Shown here: positions 1 through 11,295 of the stretch, in pieces
Position numbering within the stretch: the stretch's first letter is position 1
Layout: every line of letters starts with the position of its first letter
From: a virus
Lineage: Duplodnaviria; Caudoviricetes
Strand: one strand, 5' to 3'
Virus record (IMG/VR): IMGVR_UViG_3300003155_000119
Span: 1 to 64,000 of that record
Length of the DNA: 64,000 nucleotides
Translations under genes and position numbers: made by a program
Notes under the pieces: model-generated
What the model was told of the DNA's origin: nothing
Database searches by the model: none
The model's input: the letters and a program-made list of their open reading frames with translations, nothing else

Positions 1-408
1 CAAGTCATCTTGCTTTTTATCCTTTAAGAATTCTTTATCAACTATACCTAACTGTGTTTTGCCCACATAAGGGATATATCTTCTATCATCCTTTGCTGTT
101 GTTATCACCTTCAATCCCTGCTCATCCCCCCTTTGAGTCTTTTCTTCTCTTGTAATCTATTATCACGTCCCATTTCTCTTCAATGTAAGAAGAGAATTTT
201 TTCCAGTTATCCGTTCTCATTGAGAGTCTCTCTATAGAGCAACAAGCAAAATTCCTCTAATAGTGGAATAGCCTACTCCGCTTTCCTCTGACATTACTTT
301 ATACGGGATGCCGTAATCTTTTAAATCCCAGCATTTTCCGCGGATGGTTTCTTTATAGTCTGTATTCTTGTTGCTCTTGTTCTTAAAATCTCTATGTCTA
401 TAATCCAT
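1..408 (-). pseudogene. HTH-like protein, apparently frameshifted near 255, running off the window edge
   Basis: GGAG SD + ATG at 408 gives MDYRHRDF...GIPYKVMSEESGVGYSTIR (HTH-like). That frame stops soon after, while another frame (NFACCSIERLSM...) stays open to position 1. Confidence 0.35.
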
Positions 409-689
409 GTTTCTTTTCTCCTTTGCTGTTCATTGTTTGTTGTTTGTTAATATATATCTTTTGCCACAATGTTTTCCTTTAAAAATCAGGATTTCAGGAG
501 AGAACCAAAACCCTGATAAAAAGGAAAACGTAATGTAACAAAATTATGACTTTAAATAAAAAGGATTTAATCCTTTAGGTCATATTTGTTTGATACTTCT
601 ATTATGCCACAAAATTTTTATGTTGTCAAGAGGCAAATAAGCAAAAATAAAAAGAGAGGAAAACTGCTTGTTTTCCTCTCCTGGCCGCA

Positions 690-1043
690 TTAAATTAAAT
701 TATACTTAACTAAGAAATCTTGTAAGGGGCTACCACTTTGCTCCTTTACTTTCTTCTCCCTGGGCGCAAATGCCGCCTCAAATTGGTCAAAGATGGAGTC
801 AATGCTGTTAAAGGTTGCGTCATCAATATGGTCTGGATTAATATCGGCAAGTTCGCAGACATAAGCAACTAAAGCAGTTTTTGCTGCTTTCCGCGCCTCC
901 GCTAGCTTAGTCTTTTTGCTATTGTCCTCTAATACTTTATTAACTTGGTCCGCAATAGACTTTAGAATCTGCTCTTTGGAAAGCCCGTTATTAATAGCAT
1001 CAACTAAAGCCGTATTATTGATGGTTAAGATATCATTATTCAT
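690..1043 (-). CDS. hypothetical protein (117 aa)
   Basis: ORF with AGGAG SD, sigma-A promoter at ~1088-1116 and terminator hairpin at ~654-681. Confidence 0.75.
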   Translation of the reverse strand: MNNDILTINNTALVDAINNGLSKEQILKSIADQVNKVLEDNSKKTKLAEARKAAKTALVAYVCELADINPDHIDDATFNSIDSIFDQFEAAFAPREKKVKEQSGSPLQDFLVKYNLI

Positions 1044-1138
1044 ATATATTATTTATCTCCTTTTGTTACTATTTATTTTATGTTCTTATTATAGCAGATT
1101 TTTGTTTATTTGTCAAGGTGCTGAAATTTTTATTATTT

Positions 1139-1185
1139 TTGGACAAGTTTGATTAAGGCGGTTTGAGGAATTTTTATATATAAGT
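1139..1185 (+). promoter_or_regulatory. putative phage late-type promoter motif (TTGGNCAAA-N-YAA-N19-ATATA)
   Basis: Same spaced motif recurs about 11 times ahead of TAG-containing genes (see findings). Confidence 0.55.
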
Positions 1186-1231
1186 GAAGGATGACAAGAA
1201 TAGAAGATGTTGTTGTCCTTTAAATTAGATA

Positions 1232-1291
1232 GTTGTTACCATTTTTGCAGGGCGCTAAAAGACACTATGAGACAGCAAAAATGGTAACAAC
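1232..1291. repeat. perfect 17-bp inverted repeat (GTTGTTACCATTTTTGC / GCAAAAATGGTAACAAC), 26-nt spacer
   Basis: Read directly; AGATA abuts the left arm; degenerate copy at ~3071-3131. Confidence 0.9.
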
Positions 1292-1345
1292 CTCTTGATT
1301 TGGATATTTTATTAAATTATTAATTATAAGAAGGAGTATGAAAAT

Positions 1346-2200
1346 ATGAAAATACTAGAAGTTAACAGAGAAAGAAAAGTAAGCTCATTAGAATTAGCTG
1401 ACTGGTTTGGTATCGCTTATGGGACTTATCGTAAGTAGAAGAAAAAGAGACTAGAAGAATTAAAAGATTTCTGTGACTATGAGGAGGTATATGGTGGAGT
1501 TATTATTAAAAAGGTTTATTTTGATGAATATTATAAATATCAAGATGACGAGAACAGAGTATTAAAAGTAATAAATGATAAGTATTTCAATATGGATGGT
1601 CAAGGGAAAACTGCTTATGATGAATTGAATAGTATTTCAGGAATTGCAAAAGTGTTACAAAAGCAATACTCAAAAGATTATGGCAATAAAACATTTAGCA
1701 CAATAGAAAGAAGAGTTAGTAGAGTTATGAAGAAATGTTTTGGAGTTATAACAAAAGAGAATCCCTTGGCGCAAAGCGGCATAGGGGTAAGAGAATATGT
1801 TTGGGCTGTTAAGCTGGAAGGAGATAATAATTACCGCTATAAAACAAGAGAAGAAGATGAATTATTTAAAGAGATAATTAAAGTGGCTTATGCGGAAAAT
1901 GCCAAAGAGCGCATTGAGGAAGAAGAGTTATTGAAAGATGCAATGCGGGAGCGCATTTCTTTAGGTGAAGAAGTTAGTTTCGCCGATTATGAAAACGCCA
2001 GACGGCGCGGTAAATATTATGTTGACTTTAAGAGTGAGGTGTTAGATGTATTTAGAGAAAAGACTTCTTGTCTATTGGTAAGAGCTACTAGATACGAGGT
2101 TGAAAGAAGCATTAGGCGCAGATAGATGGAAATGCTATATGGAGATAATTGGAACAAGGGAATGATAGAAAGTGCTTGGCAAGAGGAAGATGATGAATGA
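1346..2200 (+). CDS. paralog 1 of uncharacterised HTH-domain family (284 aa, TAG=Gln)
   Basis: AGGAG SD; ATG 1346 in frame with ORF 1592 through one TAG; N-terminal LELADWFGIAYGTYRK HTH-like motif; ends at TGA 2198-2200 after a second TAG. Confidence 0.8.
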
Positions 2201-2258
2201 TACTTTTCTATATATAGATGAAAAAAATAAAAAAGGTGGAAAAAAGTTCTGTAAGGAG

Positions 2259-2326
2259 AGTTGTTCTGATTTTTTTACTTATATATAACTCTATAAATAG
2301 ATTAAAAAAACGGAACAACTTTATCT
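2259..2326. repeat. imperfect inverted repeat followed by TTATCT, upstream of paralog 2
   Basis: AGTTGTTCTG...T7 / A7-CGGAACAACT around an AT-rich spacer. Confidence 0.65.
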
Positions 2327-2364
2327 ATAGCAAAAATTATTAAAAAGGAGATTAGAGAAATAAT

Positions 2365-3069
2365 ATGGGTGTGTTAAAAAAAGGTAAAATGGTAAGTAAA
2401 GATCTAGCCGCATGGTTTAGTATTTTTTATAGTACTTATAGAAAGCATAAAAAAGAAAAATTAGAAGAGCTAAAGTCTTTCGTTAAAGAAATGGATAAAA
2501 TAGATGATGAAATCTTTTTGCGCGAGGTGAGAAGGACTGGGAATATGCTATCATCTGTGACGGGTATAGCTAATAAACTAATTCAAGAAGGAGATAAGAA
2601 TTATATGGGTCTTGATTTTAATCAAGTCCGCTATAGGATGAACAAAGCTGGGAATAGGTGCTTTGGCTGCTTCGGCGATGAGAATGTTTTATTTGATGGC
2701 CTTAAGTCAGCAAATCCCTCTGTCGGCGAGCGAGAAAAAGTGTGGGCTATAAAGGTATATGGTGGTAATCCCAATAGGTATAGGTATCTAACTTATGACG
2801 AGATGAAATTATTTGATACTTTAATTACTGATTTCTATGAGGGAATAGATGCGGATAAAATAAAAAGAATTGCGCTACTGGAAGATGATTTGAAAAATGA
2901 GGAAATTAGTATAGATGAATATTTTACTAGATTGAAAGTTATTAGAGGATTTGATTTTTTTGATATAATTGCCGCGTTTAAAAGTTAGACGGGTGAGCAG
3001 TTGGTAAAAGTGGCGCAACATGAGATATATGGGGATGTAGATTCTATTGATTGGGGAGACGAGGACTAA
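2365..3069 (+). CDS. paralog 2 of uncharacterised HTH-domain family (234 aa)
   Basis: DLAAWFSIFYSTYRK N-terminus; VWAIK...NRYRYLT motif shared with paralogs 1 and 6; reads through TAG 2986-2988 to TAA 3069. Confidence 0.8.
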
Positions 3070-3238
3070 AATTAGATAGTTGTTATGTTTTTTGCAGGGC
3101 GCTAAAAGATAGCAATTTTTTGATTTGGATACTTTATTATTTAAGCAGCTTTTGCTGCCCTTGGCGCGCGTTGTGACTAGAGGTGAGGACGCCCTCCTCT
3201 AAGGTAAAAATCTGATTTTTTTAAGGAGATTGATATAT

Positions 3239-3496
3239 ATGAATGAATTAATTAAAGAAAATAAGGAAAAAGAATTAAAAGAATTAAAGGAGGGAAAAAT
3301 TAGTTTAAAAGAATTAGCAGAATTCTTTGGAATTGCTTATGGAACAATAAGAAGAGAAATTTCTAAAAGAAGAAAATTAAAATTATTAAAAGAAAAATAT
3401 GCAGATTTTCATATTATTTATAGGAAAAATGGAAGTATTGATTATATTGTTATTGATAAAGTAAAAAAACCTTTTTATGAAGAAGAAATGAAATGA
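3239..3496 (+). CDS. paralog 3, N-terminal HTH domain only (~85 aa)
   Basis: ISLKELAEFFGIAYGTIRR...YADFHI...IVIDKV matches the family N-terminus; terminator hairpins at ~3518-3549 and ~3571-3606. Confidence 0.7.
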   Translation: MNELIKENKEKELKELKEGKISLKELAEFFGIAYGTIRREISKRRKLKLLKEKYADFHIIYRKNGSIDYIVIDKVKKPFYEEEMK

Positions 3497-3737
3497 ATGA
3501 TTGATTTTATAATATGAAAGATAAGATTATATACATCTTATCTTTTTTATTTAAGGAAAATATTTAAGTTAAGAGATAAGAAATGTGCAATCTTATCTCT
3601 TTTTTATTTATTTTTTTTAGATAAAATTTGAATTTAGCAATATTATATAAAAATTTTGGGCGACATTGGTTAATTGATTTTTTATAAAATTTAAAATATA
3701 ATGAGAGGTTTTAAAATAAAAACTTTCAAATTAAGGA

Positions 3738-3801
3738 AAAACCTCACTAAAAATCTAACTCTATATATATATAGGGTTGTAAAAGTTGAGAGGTTTTATC
3801 T
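3738..3801. repeat. imperfect inverted repeat around (TA)n followed by TTATCT, upstream of paralog 4
   Basis: AAAACCTC...TATATATATATA...GAGGTTTT-ATCT. Confidence 0.6.
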
Positions 3802-3841
3802 ATCCAAGAAAAATATATGATTAAGAAAAGGAGAATAAGAT

Positions 3842-4627
3842 ATGGAATTATATGAAGGGCAAGAATTAACATTAAAGGATTTAGCTGATTGGTTTGGAAT
3901 AAAAGTTAATTCTCTATGGGATAAAGAAAGACGCGCTAAAAAATTAGATGTTTTGAATCGTTATGCAGAATATCATATTGTTTATACTGGTAAAGATAAT
4001 AAAAAGATAAAAAAGATAGTTATTGATAAAGTATATGTACCTATTTATACAAAGAATCTTGAACGCGCTAACAAGAAGTTCGAAGAGTTTCTGTTAAGTA
4101 AAGATTATTTAGTTACCGGAACGCAAATGGGAAGAGCAGTGTATTGGTCTGATGAAATTTTATAGCATAGTATTAAAGAATCTACTTCTACTGATTATGC
4201 AAGAAGAGCTATTACTTTATGGTATGGACGACTATACTAGAAAGATGATACCGGGACAAAAGGTTACAGATATCCAGTTTGGTGTAGATATGATGCGCAA
4301 TTAGATAGTTATTTTATATTAGATGATGCGGAATGGGAAAAAATAAATAAGATATGTAATGAGGAAGGGTTAAGCGCAAATAAAAGTTTATTAATGCTAT
4401 GTCATGCAGAATTTGAAGATAAGAAAGAATTTAAAGCTAGTAAAGCAGAAGATATTTTAGCGGGAATTTGCAAGAATATAGGACGCAATAAATATTTTAA
4501 AATATTAGACCGTGCTTAGCAAGAGTTGGGCTTTAGACCTGTAATGGCTTCAAGATGTATTAATACAATATGGAGACCCTTAAAGCAGGAAGAAATAGAA
4601 GAAATGGGATTATCAATTAATGATTAA
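3842..4627 (+). CDS. paralog 4 of uncharacterised HTH-domain family (261 aa)
   Basis: Reads through 3 TAG; its YGRLY(TAG)KDDTGTKGYRYPVW aligns with YGKLYQKDTGTKGYRYPVW of paralog 5. Confidence 0.85.
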
Positions 4628-4850
4628 TGAATAATATTATTATAAGAGATAGGAAATGCGCAATCTTATCTCTTTTTTTAATGCGGAAATGGGGCAAATA
4701 TTTCATTTCAAAATTTTCATTTTAAAAAATTATAAGGAACTTTTAGATTTTTGATTTGAAAATTTTTGGTCAAAAAAATTCAAGTACTATGCTATAATAT
4801 TGATATAATGGTGAGAGACAAAATTTAGAAAAAATACGTCAAAAAATTTT

Positions 4851-4920
4851 AGATAAAACACGTCAAAAAATTAGGGTGTATATAAATATATAGGGTCTAA
4901 AAATTTGACGTGTTTTATCT
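4851..4920. repeat. perfect 17-bp inverted repeat (AGATAAAACACGTCAAA / TTTGACGTGTTTTATCT) with a third arm copy at ~4831-4848
   Basis: Read directly. Confidence 0.9.
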
Positions 4921-4960
4921 GATCAGATAAAAATCTAAAATAAAAAGGAGAAATGGAAAT

Positions 4961-5710
4961 ATGGAACTATACGATGGGCAAGAATTAACATTAAAAGATT
5001 TAGCTGATTGGTTCGGAATAAAAATAGTGTCTCTCCAAAGAAAAGATAGGAGAGAAAAGAAATTAGATATTCTATGGAGATATGCGGATTATCATATTGA
5101 ATATTCTGGAGCCAAGAAACAAAAGATAAAGAAAATAATAATTGATAAAGTATATGTTAGTGTTTATTAGAAGAATTTAGAGAGAGTTGAAACGAGGTTG
5201 ACAGAGTTTCTGTCAAGTAAAGATAATCTTGTTACAGGAGCGCAAATCGGTAAGGCTTTAAAGAAGAATGATAATATTTTAGGCGCGCTAAAAGAAAATA
5301 CTTTAATTAATTATTCAACAAGAACTCTTTGCTCTTTTTATGGTAAACTGTATCAGAAAGATACTGGTACAAAAGGCTATAGATACCCAGTATGGTGTAG
5401 ATACGAAGCTAGTTTAGATAGTTATTTCATGTTAGATGATAATGAGTGGGCTATTATTGATAAGATATGCAATGAGGAAGGATTGTTAGCGAATCAAAAG
5501 TTGCTAACTATGTGTCATGCGGAATTTGAAGATAAAGAGGAATTTAAGGCAAGTCGAGCTGAGGATATATTCCATGGGATGAGTCAATCTGTAGGTAAGG
5601 ATAAGTATTTTAGAATACTATCTCGGGCGGCCGAGGTACTTGGATTCCGTCCAGTTCTGGCCTCTAAGTGCGTTGATACAATATGGATACCCGTTAAGGA
5701 GGTAAATTAA
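4961..5710 (+). CDS. paralog 5 of uncharacterised HTH-domain family (249 aa)
   Basis: ORFs 4961 and 5198 are in one frame separated by a single TAG; close paralog of 3842-4627. Confidence 0.85.
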
Positions 5711-5712
5711 TT

Positions 5713-5976
5713 ATGTAGAGCAAAGAATTTGAAGAAAAGTATAGAGAAATAATTCTATCAAATGCGGAATTGAAATCTTTGGCATATGATTTTAATAAAA
5801 GATTCAATAAATATTCAAAATTTACTAGAAGCAAAGTGTTTAAAGAACTTCTTACTGAGGAGGAGTAGAAAAATGCTAAAGCTAGAGCATATAATCTTCT
5901 CTTTGAGAATGAAAAATATGAGAAGTTGTGGTCTGCAATTCACCAAGTGAAAGAAGAATCCGAACAATAGAATTAA
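5713..5976 (+). CDS. hypothetical protein (87 aa) beginning ATG-TAG
   Basis: AAGGAGGT SD; frame open to TAA 5976 if TAG=Gln; terminator at ~5985-6018. Confidence 0.6.
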
Positions 5977-6618
5977 CTAACACAAGAGATGAAAGATAGC
6001 TAGTTTCATCTCTTTTTTATGCGCAATTCACAAAAAAGTTACTATTTGTTCATAAATTTTTAATATTTTGGCCGCTTTTAATTATTTTTTACCTTTTTTA
6101 CTTGACTTTTAATGAAAAATATGCCCTGGGTCGCACTTTTCTTTGCTTTTTGCTATTGTCTCTGGTCAAAATCAGTTAAAATTCATAAAAAGTTCATAAT
6201 TTTGTGGCAAAATTCTAAGAAAGTGCGCCATATGATGCGGTTTTAGTCAAAAATTCTAGGGATTGAGGCTATATAGGGGAGGTTTTCAGTTCAAGAGCAC
6301 AAAGTAATGCGGTCGTGGAGTTAGTTAGCGTAAACTAACTTTTGGGAAAAAGTACGAGGGTACGTAATTGTGAAAATTCTGTGAAAATTTGGTGAAAGAT
6401 ATTGACTTTTGGGAAAATCGGGCTTATTCAATCAATTTTTGCCCGTTGACACTCAACCTTCTATTATACCATACTTTAGAGATAATGTCAAGACTTTTTT
6501 GGATGAAATATTATCATTCCTTGCATGAAAGAAATTCACCTTTGCTGCATAGAAAAGAGAGCTTTTCAGCTCTCCAAAAAAGCCCAAAACAGATAAAACA
6601 TCTGCTTGGGCCGCGTCC

Positions 6619-6873
6619 TTAATCTACCGTAATTTCAACATCACAAGGAGTTGCGGGGGTATCAACATGAATGTATTCGAGATTGGTTTCTCCGCCATCG
6701 TTGACAGTGAAGCAAAGGATAGAGTCCTCCTCGTTCAGTTTATTAAAAAGACTTGCGTCCATCCATGCGCAAAAGGCAATCCTCCCATCCTCCAAAATGC
6801 AAGCGCTATTGTAATCAAAAATCTCTGCGATAGTGGGCTTCTTTTCTGCATGATTATTAGTAACTTTAACCAC
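6619..6873 (-). CDS. hypothetical early protein
   Basis: AAAGGA SD, GTG start, intact ORF. Confidence 0.6.
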   Translation of the reverse strand: MVKVTNNHAEKKPTIAEIFDYNSACILEDGRIAFCAWMDASLFNKLNEEDSILCFTVNDGGETNLEYIHVDTPATPCDVEITVD

Positions 6874-6947
6874 GATTATTATCCTTTCCTATTGTCTTTA
6901 TAAACAGGGGAGACTATTGCCTCCCCTAATTCCTGTTTGCTATTGGC

Positions 6948-7376
6948 TCACTCCTCTACTTTCGGAGTCCCGTCCTCATTATAATACTTCTCGTCATAAC
7001 CGCGGCCAAAGTAAGCCACGTTCTTCTCATGGGTGCATTTCACCAGACCGCCCTTGCGCGCCTTAATCAGGAGGCTATTCATGTGCTGATTGCTCTTGAT
7101 GCCCTTTGCGGCCAAGTCACCAGCCTCCATCAGCTCCTTAATGGTTGCGGGCTGGCCAATCACGTCCATGGCTTCCAGGATCGCCTGAATCAGCTTTTCA
7201 TTCTCTTCCTGCTTTGCAGTAGTCTTGCGGAGGCTGTTCTTCTTCGCGTCCAGAAGCTCCACCTCGTGGACCATAACTGCTTTCAGTTCCATCTCGTCCT
7301 TCTCGTCCAGAATATCAATAATCATGTTGAAGGCTTCGCGCTTAGTGAGCTTCTTTTCGTTAGTCATGTTAGCCAT
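6948..7376 (-). CDS. small winged-helix-like DNA-binding protein (paralog of 7802-8179)
   Basis: TKRE...T.KQ.EN...SNQ..NSLL...GLVK pattern shared with the neighbour; own promoter and SD. Confidence 0.7.
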   Translation of the reverse strand: MANMTNEKKLTKREAFNMIIDILDEKDEMELKAVMVHEVELLDAKKNSLRKTTAKQEENEKLIQAILEAMDVIGQPATIKELMEAGDLAAKGIKSNQHMNSLLIKARKGGLVKCTHEKNVAYFGRGYDEKYYNEDGTPKVEE

Positions 7377-7801
7377 AGTAGTTACTCCTTTTCATTATTA
7401 CCTTTGTCTATTGTTAAGAGGATTTCCTCTTGACGCTTTTATTATACCACGTTTTGCTTCGCTTGTCAAGTGCTTTTTTTAATTTTCTTATTTATTACCT
7501 CTTTCTCTTATCCCCCTTGGAACATCTATATTATAGCAAATTTTCTGCTTTGCCGCAATAGGTAAAGTACATAAAGAAGTAATAATTTTAGGATTTTTAT
7601 TTGTCTATTTTGCCTCTTGACTTTCGTGCAAAAATATGGTATAATAGAAGGTTATAATAAAAGTCGCCGGCGCACAAATGAAAGCCGGCCGCCCATTATA
7701 CCACATTTCTTTCCTCTTGTCAAGTGAAACTTCTTCATCTGTAGTATGAAATTTTTTCACCTTTGCCGCATAAAAAAAGGAGGGGCGAGCCCCTCCTTGA
7801 A

Positions 7802-8179
7802 TCACTCGTTAACTTCTTCGTTTTCGTTCTCATTGCCAATAGTGAAGAAAGAATCCTTCTTAATCTTAACCCTCTTCACCAGACCCTCCTTGCGAAGCTG
7901 AATCAGCAGACTGTTCAGCTTCTGATTGCTGGCGTCACTCAGGCCTTCCACGTTTGCGGCGATGTCGTTAATGCGTTTAGGCTCACCCTCTGCGGTCAGG
8001 TACGCAACAATACCCTCCTTTAGTGCCGCATTAGCTTCCTGATTTGCGGTAGGCTTACTCTTAGAGTGAGAAGTCTTGCTCAGGCGCTCGACCTCCTTAT
8101 TCACAACCTCCGCCCACTCGGTCTTGCCGCTCTCGGTCAGGAAATTTGCAATCTCAACGAAATATTCACGCTTAGTCAT
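7802..8179 (-). CDS. small winged-helix-like DNA-binding protein (paralog of 6948-7376)
   Basis: MTKREYF...KPTANQEAN...SNQKLNSLLIQLRKEGLVKR; own promoter, SD and terminator. Confidence 0.7.
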   Translation of the reverse strand: MTKREYFVEIANFLTESGKTEWAEVVNKEVERLSKTSHSKSKPTANQEANAALKEGIVAYLTAEGEPKRINDIAANVEGLSDASNQKLNSLLIQLRKEGLVKRVKIKKDSFFTIGNENENEEVNE

Positions 8180-8279
8180 AATTATTTTCTCCTTTTATCT
8201 CTTGTTAGTTTTATTAGTAGGGGATTTTCCCCTTTCGTGCTTCTATTATATCATTTTCTTTTTTGTTTGTCAAGCCCTT

Positions 8280-9275
8280 TTAGAGAAGTGCTTCAAGAAT
8301 TTTTGCTTGTCTCTCGATGTTGGTTCTAAAGGTGCTAGGCTTTGCGGTTTGCAGATACTGCAACATGGCGTTGTAGATATTAGATACTCCTTCTTTTGAA
8401 ATTCGATTCTTGAAACGCGGATTGGTGGCAAAGTCAACAGTTGTACCAAGTGCGCGGAAGGGGAAAGCTTCAATCCCTTTTTCAATCTTTTTCTTTCTCT
8501 TGAAATACATCAAAAGAATTTGCGTTTCAATCTCTGCATCCTCTAGCGCCGTGTGCGCTTCCTCGAAATCATAGTTATTATCAACGTAGCGGAAAACCTG
8601 TTCCGCACTCGTCTTAAAGTATGCGCCACTGTTAGAGATTGCAGGATATGCGGCACAGTCGTTCTTGTAGTTGAATACATTCACCATTTCAGACGCAAGC
8701 CGCCAGATGTCGACCAAATCAAATTTTTCGCCGCGCAAAATAAAATGGTCATTATCTGGATTGATATACTTGCTGTTTTTGCTCTTGCCAGTCTTTGCGC
8801 CTTCTTTATTAGTCAAATACCACTTTTGACCGCGAAGGAATTTATCAAAAGAATCAGAGTAAAGCGCCTTGATATATTTTTCAGTAAACGGAATTGCTTT
8901 CTTAAAATCAAAAGCCGCGTTGTAGGCAGAAACAAAATTGCACTTTCTGCAATCTTCTAAGAGTTCGTCCATGATGTCGTTCCAGAGCGCCGTCTTGATT
9001 TTGCCGCAGTTAAGTTTCTCAATATACTTAGGTCTTTTGCTCTTGTAATAAGCAGTTTCAAAGACTTGTGGAACAAAGAAAGTTTCCTGCACAAGATAAC
9101 TAGCTTTCTTTAAGATAGTACCGTCCTTTTGAGTGACCACCCAACCAATATCGTAGATAATGGGTCTTGCGATGGCAATTTTCTTGCGTTCCTCCTCCGT
9201 CACAGCCAACTCCTTGATAAAGGGAAGTGTTGCAGTCTCACAATCCAAAACCAGATAACTTGCTTTCTTACTCAT
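8280..9275 (-). CDS. DEDDh 3'-5' exonuclease (DnaQ-like superfamily)
   Basis: ExoI YLVLDCETA, ExoII AYNAAFD, ExoIII HTALEDAEIE; start at ATG 9275 downstream of the promoter. Confidence 0.85.
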   Translation of the reverse strand: MSKKASYLVLDCETATLPFIKELAVTEEERKKIAIARPIIYDIGWVVTQKDGTILKKASYLVQETFFVPQVFETAYYKSKRPKYIEKLNCGKIKTALWNDIMDELLEDCRKCNFVSAYNAAFDFKKAIPFTEKYIKALYSDSFDKFLRGQKWYLTNKEGAKTGKSKNSKYINPDNDHFILRGEKFDLVDIWRLASEMVNVFNYKNDCAAYPAISNSGAYFKTSAEQVFRYVDNNYDFEEAHTALEDAEIETQILLMYFKRKKKIEKGIEAFPFRALGTTVDFATNPRFKNRISKEGVSNIYNAMLQYLQTAKPSTFRTNIERQAKILEALL

Positions 9276-9617
9276 TTTTTCACCTTTCTGCAATTCGAGC
9301 TTAACATCTTTTCTCGACTGCACTTATTATACCATAGATTTTGGCTTTTGTCAAGCGTTTTGGAACATATCAAATAGAGATTTTCATTGTATTATTTCCT
9401 TTCTTTCTTCCTTTGTTGTTCCCCTTAGAACGATTATATTATATCATATAATAAGCTACTTGACAATAGACAAAGTATACAAACATACGGCTCTTTCAGG
9501 ATTTTTATTTGTACAAAATTACTACTTGACAAGGAATCAAAAATGTGGTATAATAGAGAGTTATGTAAAAAGATGCGGCCAAAGTAGATTTTTTTCTACT
9601 CCAGCCGCATTCCCTTT

Positions 9618-10028
9618 TTATTTTCCTTTTCTATGACAAGTGAGCGTCAAACTATACGAATTTTCCTTAATTTGGAAACTAATTTCCCTCTCTGGCTTTA
9701 CGATTTTGATATTTTCGATGACCAAGCCGTTTGGAGAATTATCATCTGCGAGAATAGAAGCCAAGGCCGCAATAATATTTTGCTTTTCAAGATTAGGTTT
9801 TCTTTCTTTTGCTGCGCCCGTGCGCTTTTTATCTCCGGCCCCATGCTGAATCTTTGTCTTTTTAGCCTCCTGGTCAAGAGTTTCCAGTTCTTCGTTTTTC
9901 TCCACCCCGTTATCTTCGAGCCAAAGCTGAACCGCCTCCATTTTAGACACACCAAGATTCTGCATCTGTTTACTGAGGTAATCATCGGGAATATTGAATT
10001 TCTTCCCTTGTGGATTAGTGTAAAGCAT
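9618..10028 (-). CDS. hypothetical early protein
   Basis: AGGAGG SD, own sigma-A promoter, intact ORF. Confidence 0.7.
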   Translation of the reverse strand: MLYTNPQGKKFNIPDDYLSKQMQNLGVSKMEAVQLWLEDNGVEKNEELETLDQEAKKTKIQHGAGDKKRTGAAKERKPNLEKQNIIAALASILADDNSPNGLVIENIKIVKPEREISFQIKENSYSLTLTCHRKGK

Positions 10029-10094
10029 TTAATCGCCTCCTATGCTCTTATTATACCAGATTCTTTTCCTCTTGTCAAGCGTTTAATGGAAAAT

Positions 10095-10565
10095 TTATGC
10101 GGCCTCCTTTAGAATGGCTTTCAACATAGGAATAATGTTTTCGTTTGCGTCAATCGTTGCGCCAAGCGTCCATTTACTACGAACTTCCGCATTGTCATCT
10201 ACCAGAATCTGGTACTTTGCTTTGCCGCGCGAGCATTTCGTTTTAGGCGTTCCATACTTTACAAGATGAATTTCATCATAAGGGAAGCCGTATTTCGCCA
10301 GCCATTCTTTTTTAGCTTCGCGTACTGCTGAATCGTACTCCTTCGTAGACCCCTTCGAGAGCCAAGAGGTAACAATAATGCGAAAACCGCGGTCTTTCAA
10401 TTCAGCAATCAGCGGAACTAACTCCTCTGCATCATAAATGGGCTTTGCCGCACTATAAGGAGTAGCATCATAGGAGCGCAACTTTTCAAGCCATTCGGGA
10501 ACGGAATATAAGTCCGCCAAAGTTCCATCTAAATCGAACACGATTGCCTTTCCCGCACACATCAT
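10095..10565 (-). CDS. HAD-superfamily phosphatase (nucleotidase-like)
   Basis: Motif I FDLDGTLAD, motif II IVTS, motif IV LVDDN. Confidence 0.85.
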   Translation of the reverse strand: MMCAGKAIVFDLDGTLADLYSVPEWLEKLRSYDATPYSAAKPIYDAEELVPLIAELKDRGFRIIVTSWLSKGSTKEYDSAVREAKKEWLAKYGFPYDEIHLVKYGTPKTKCSRGKAKYQILVDDNAEVRSKWTLGATIDANENIIPMLKAILKEAA

Positions 10566-10613
10566 ACTAATTACCTCTTTCTATTGTTTAGTTATCCTCG
10601 TGATTGTATTATA

Positions 10614-11108
10614 TCACACTTTGTCGCTCTTGTCAACCATTCTTTTTGCTTTTTCTGCAAGTTTCATATCTTCACGGAAGCTGTGAATAATCAGTTTTGC
10701 TTCTGCCATACAGATAAAGGAGGGATAGTTTTCGTCATTTGCGTTAACAGACGGAATAAAAATGAGAGTATCGGGCTTATTGTCATCGCAAACATTAGAA
10801 TCAAAAGGCTCAGGGTTAGTCCCATCTACTTCATACCAATAAGATTTGAAGTTGTCAATGAAGGCATGGGCCGTCTTCGCGGAGGGGAAGATAATAGCAT
10901 TAACTCTATCAGTGTTTAAGCCACTAACATAGCGGCTATCAAAGGCTTCAATAATATCTCCGATCCTACCATCGTCAAGAACAGTAATAATACCAGTATT
11001 ATCTTGGCTAAACAGGAATTTAGCTTCAGAATTGAAGCACTCCTCATAATCATCGAACATTTCACCAGTATAGTCGTTCTGGTATTTAACAGTTTTAATA
11101 GTAGTCAT
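10614..11108 (-). CDS. hypothetical acidic early protein
   Basis: SD, promoter, intact ORF. Confidence 0.7.
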   Translation of the reverse strand: MTTIKTVKYQNDYTGEMFDDYEECFNSEAKFLFSQDNTGIITVLDDGRIGDIIEAFDSRYVSGLNTDRVNAIIFPSAKTAHAFIDNFKSYWYEVDGTNPEPFDSNVCDDNKPDTLIFIPSVNANDENYPSFICMAEAKLIIHSFREDMKLAEKAKRMVDKSDKV

Positions 11109-11295
11109 ATTTAGTCCCTTTCTTTGTTGATGTTTCGTCCTTCAGTGTCTTTATTATATCACGTTAGGCGGCATTTGTCAATAGCAAAATCAAGAAATTT
11201 TAGAAAAATAAGCTATATATGCGGTAAAAATAGATTTTTTTCTACTTTGGGCGCACTTATTGATTTGCTATTGTTTTATACCTCCTTAGTCATTA

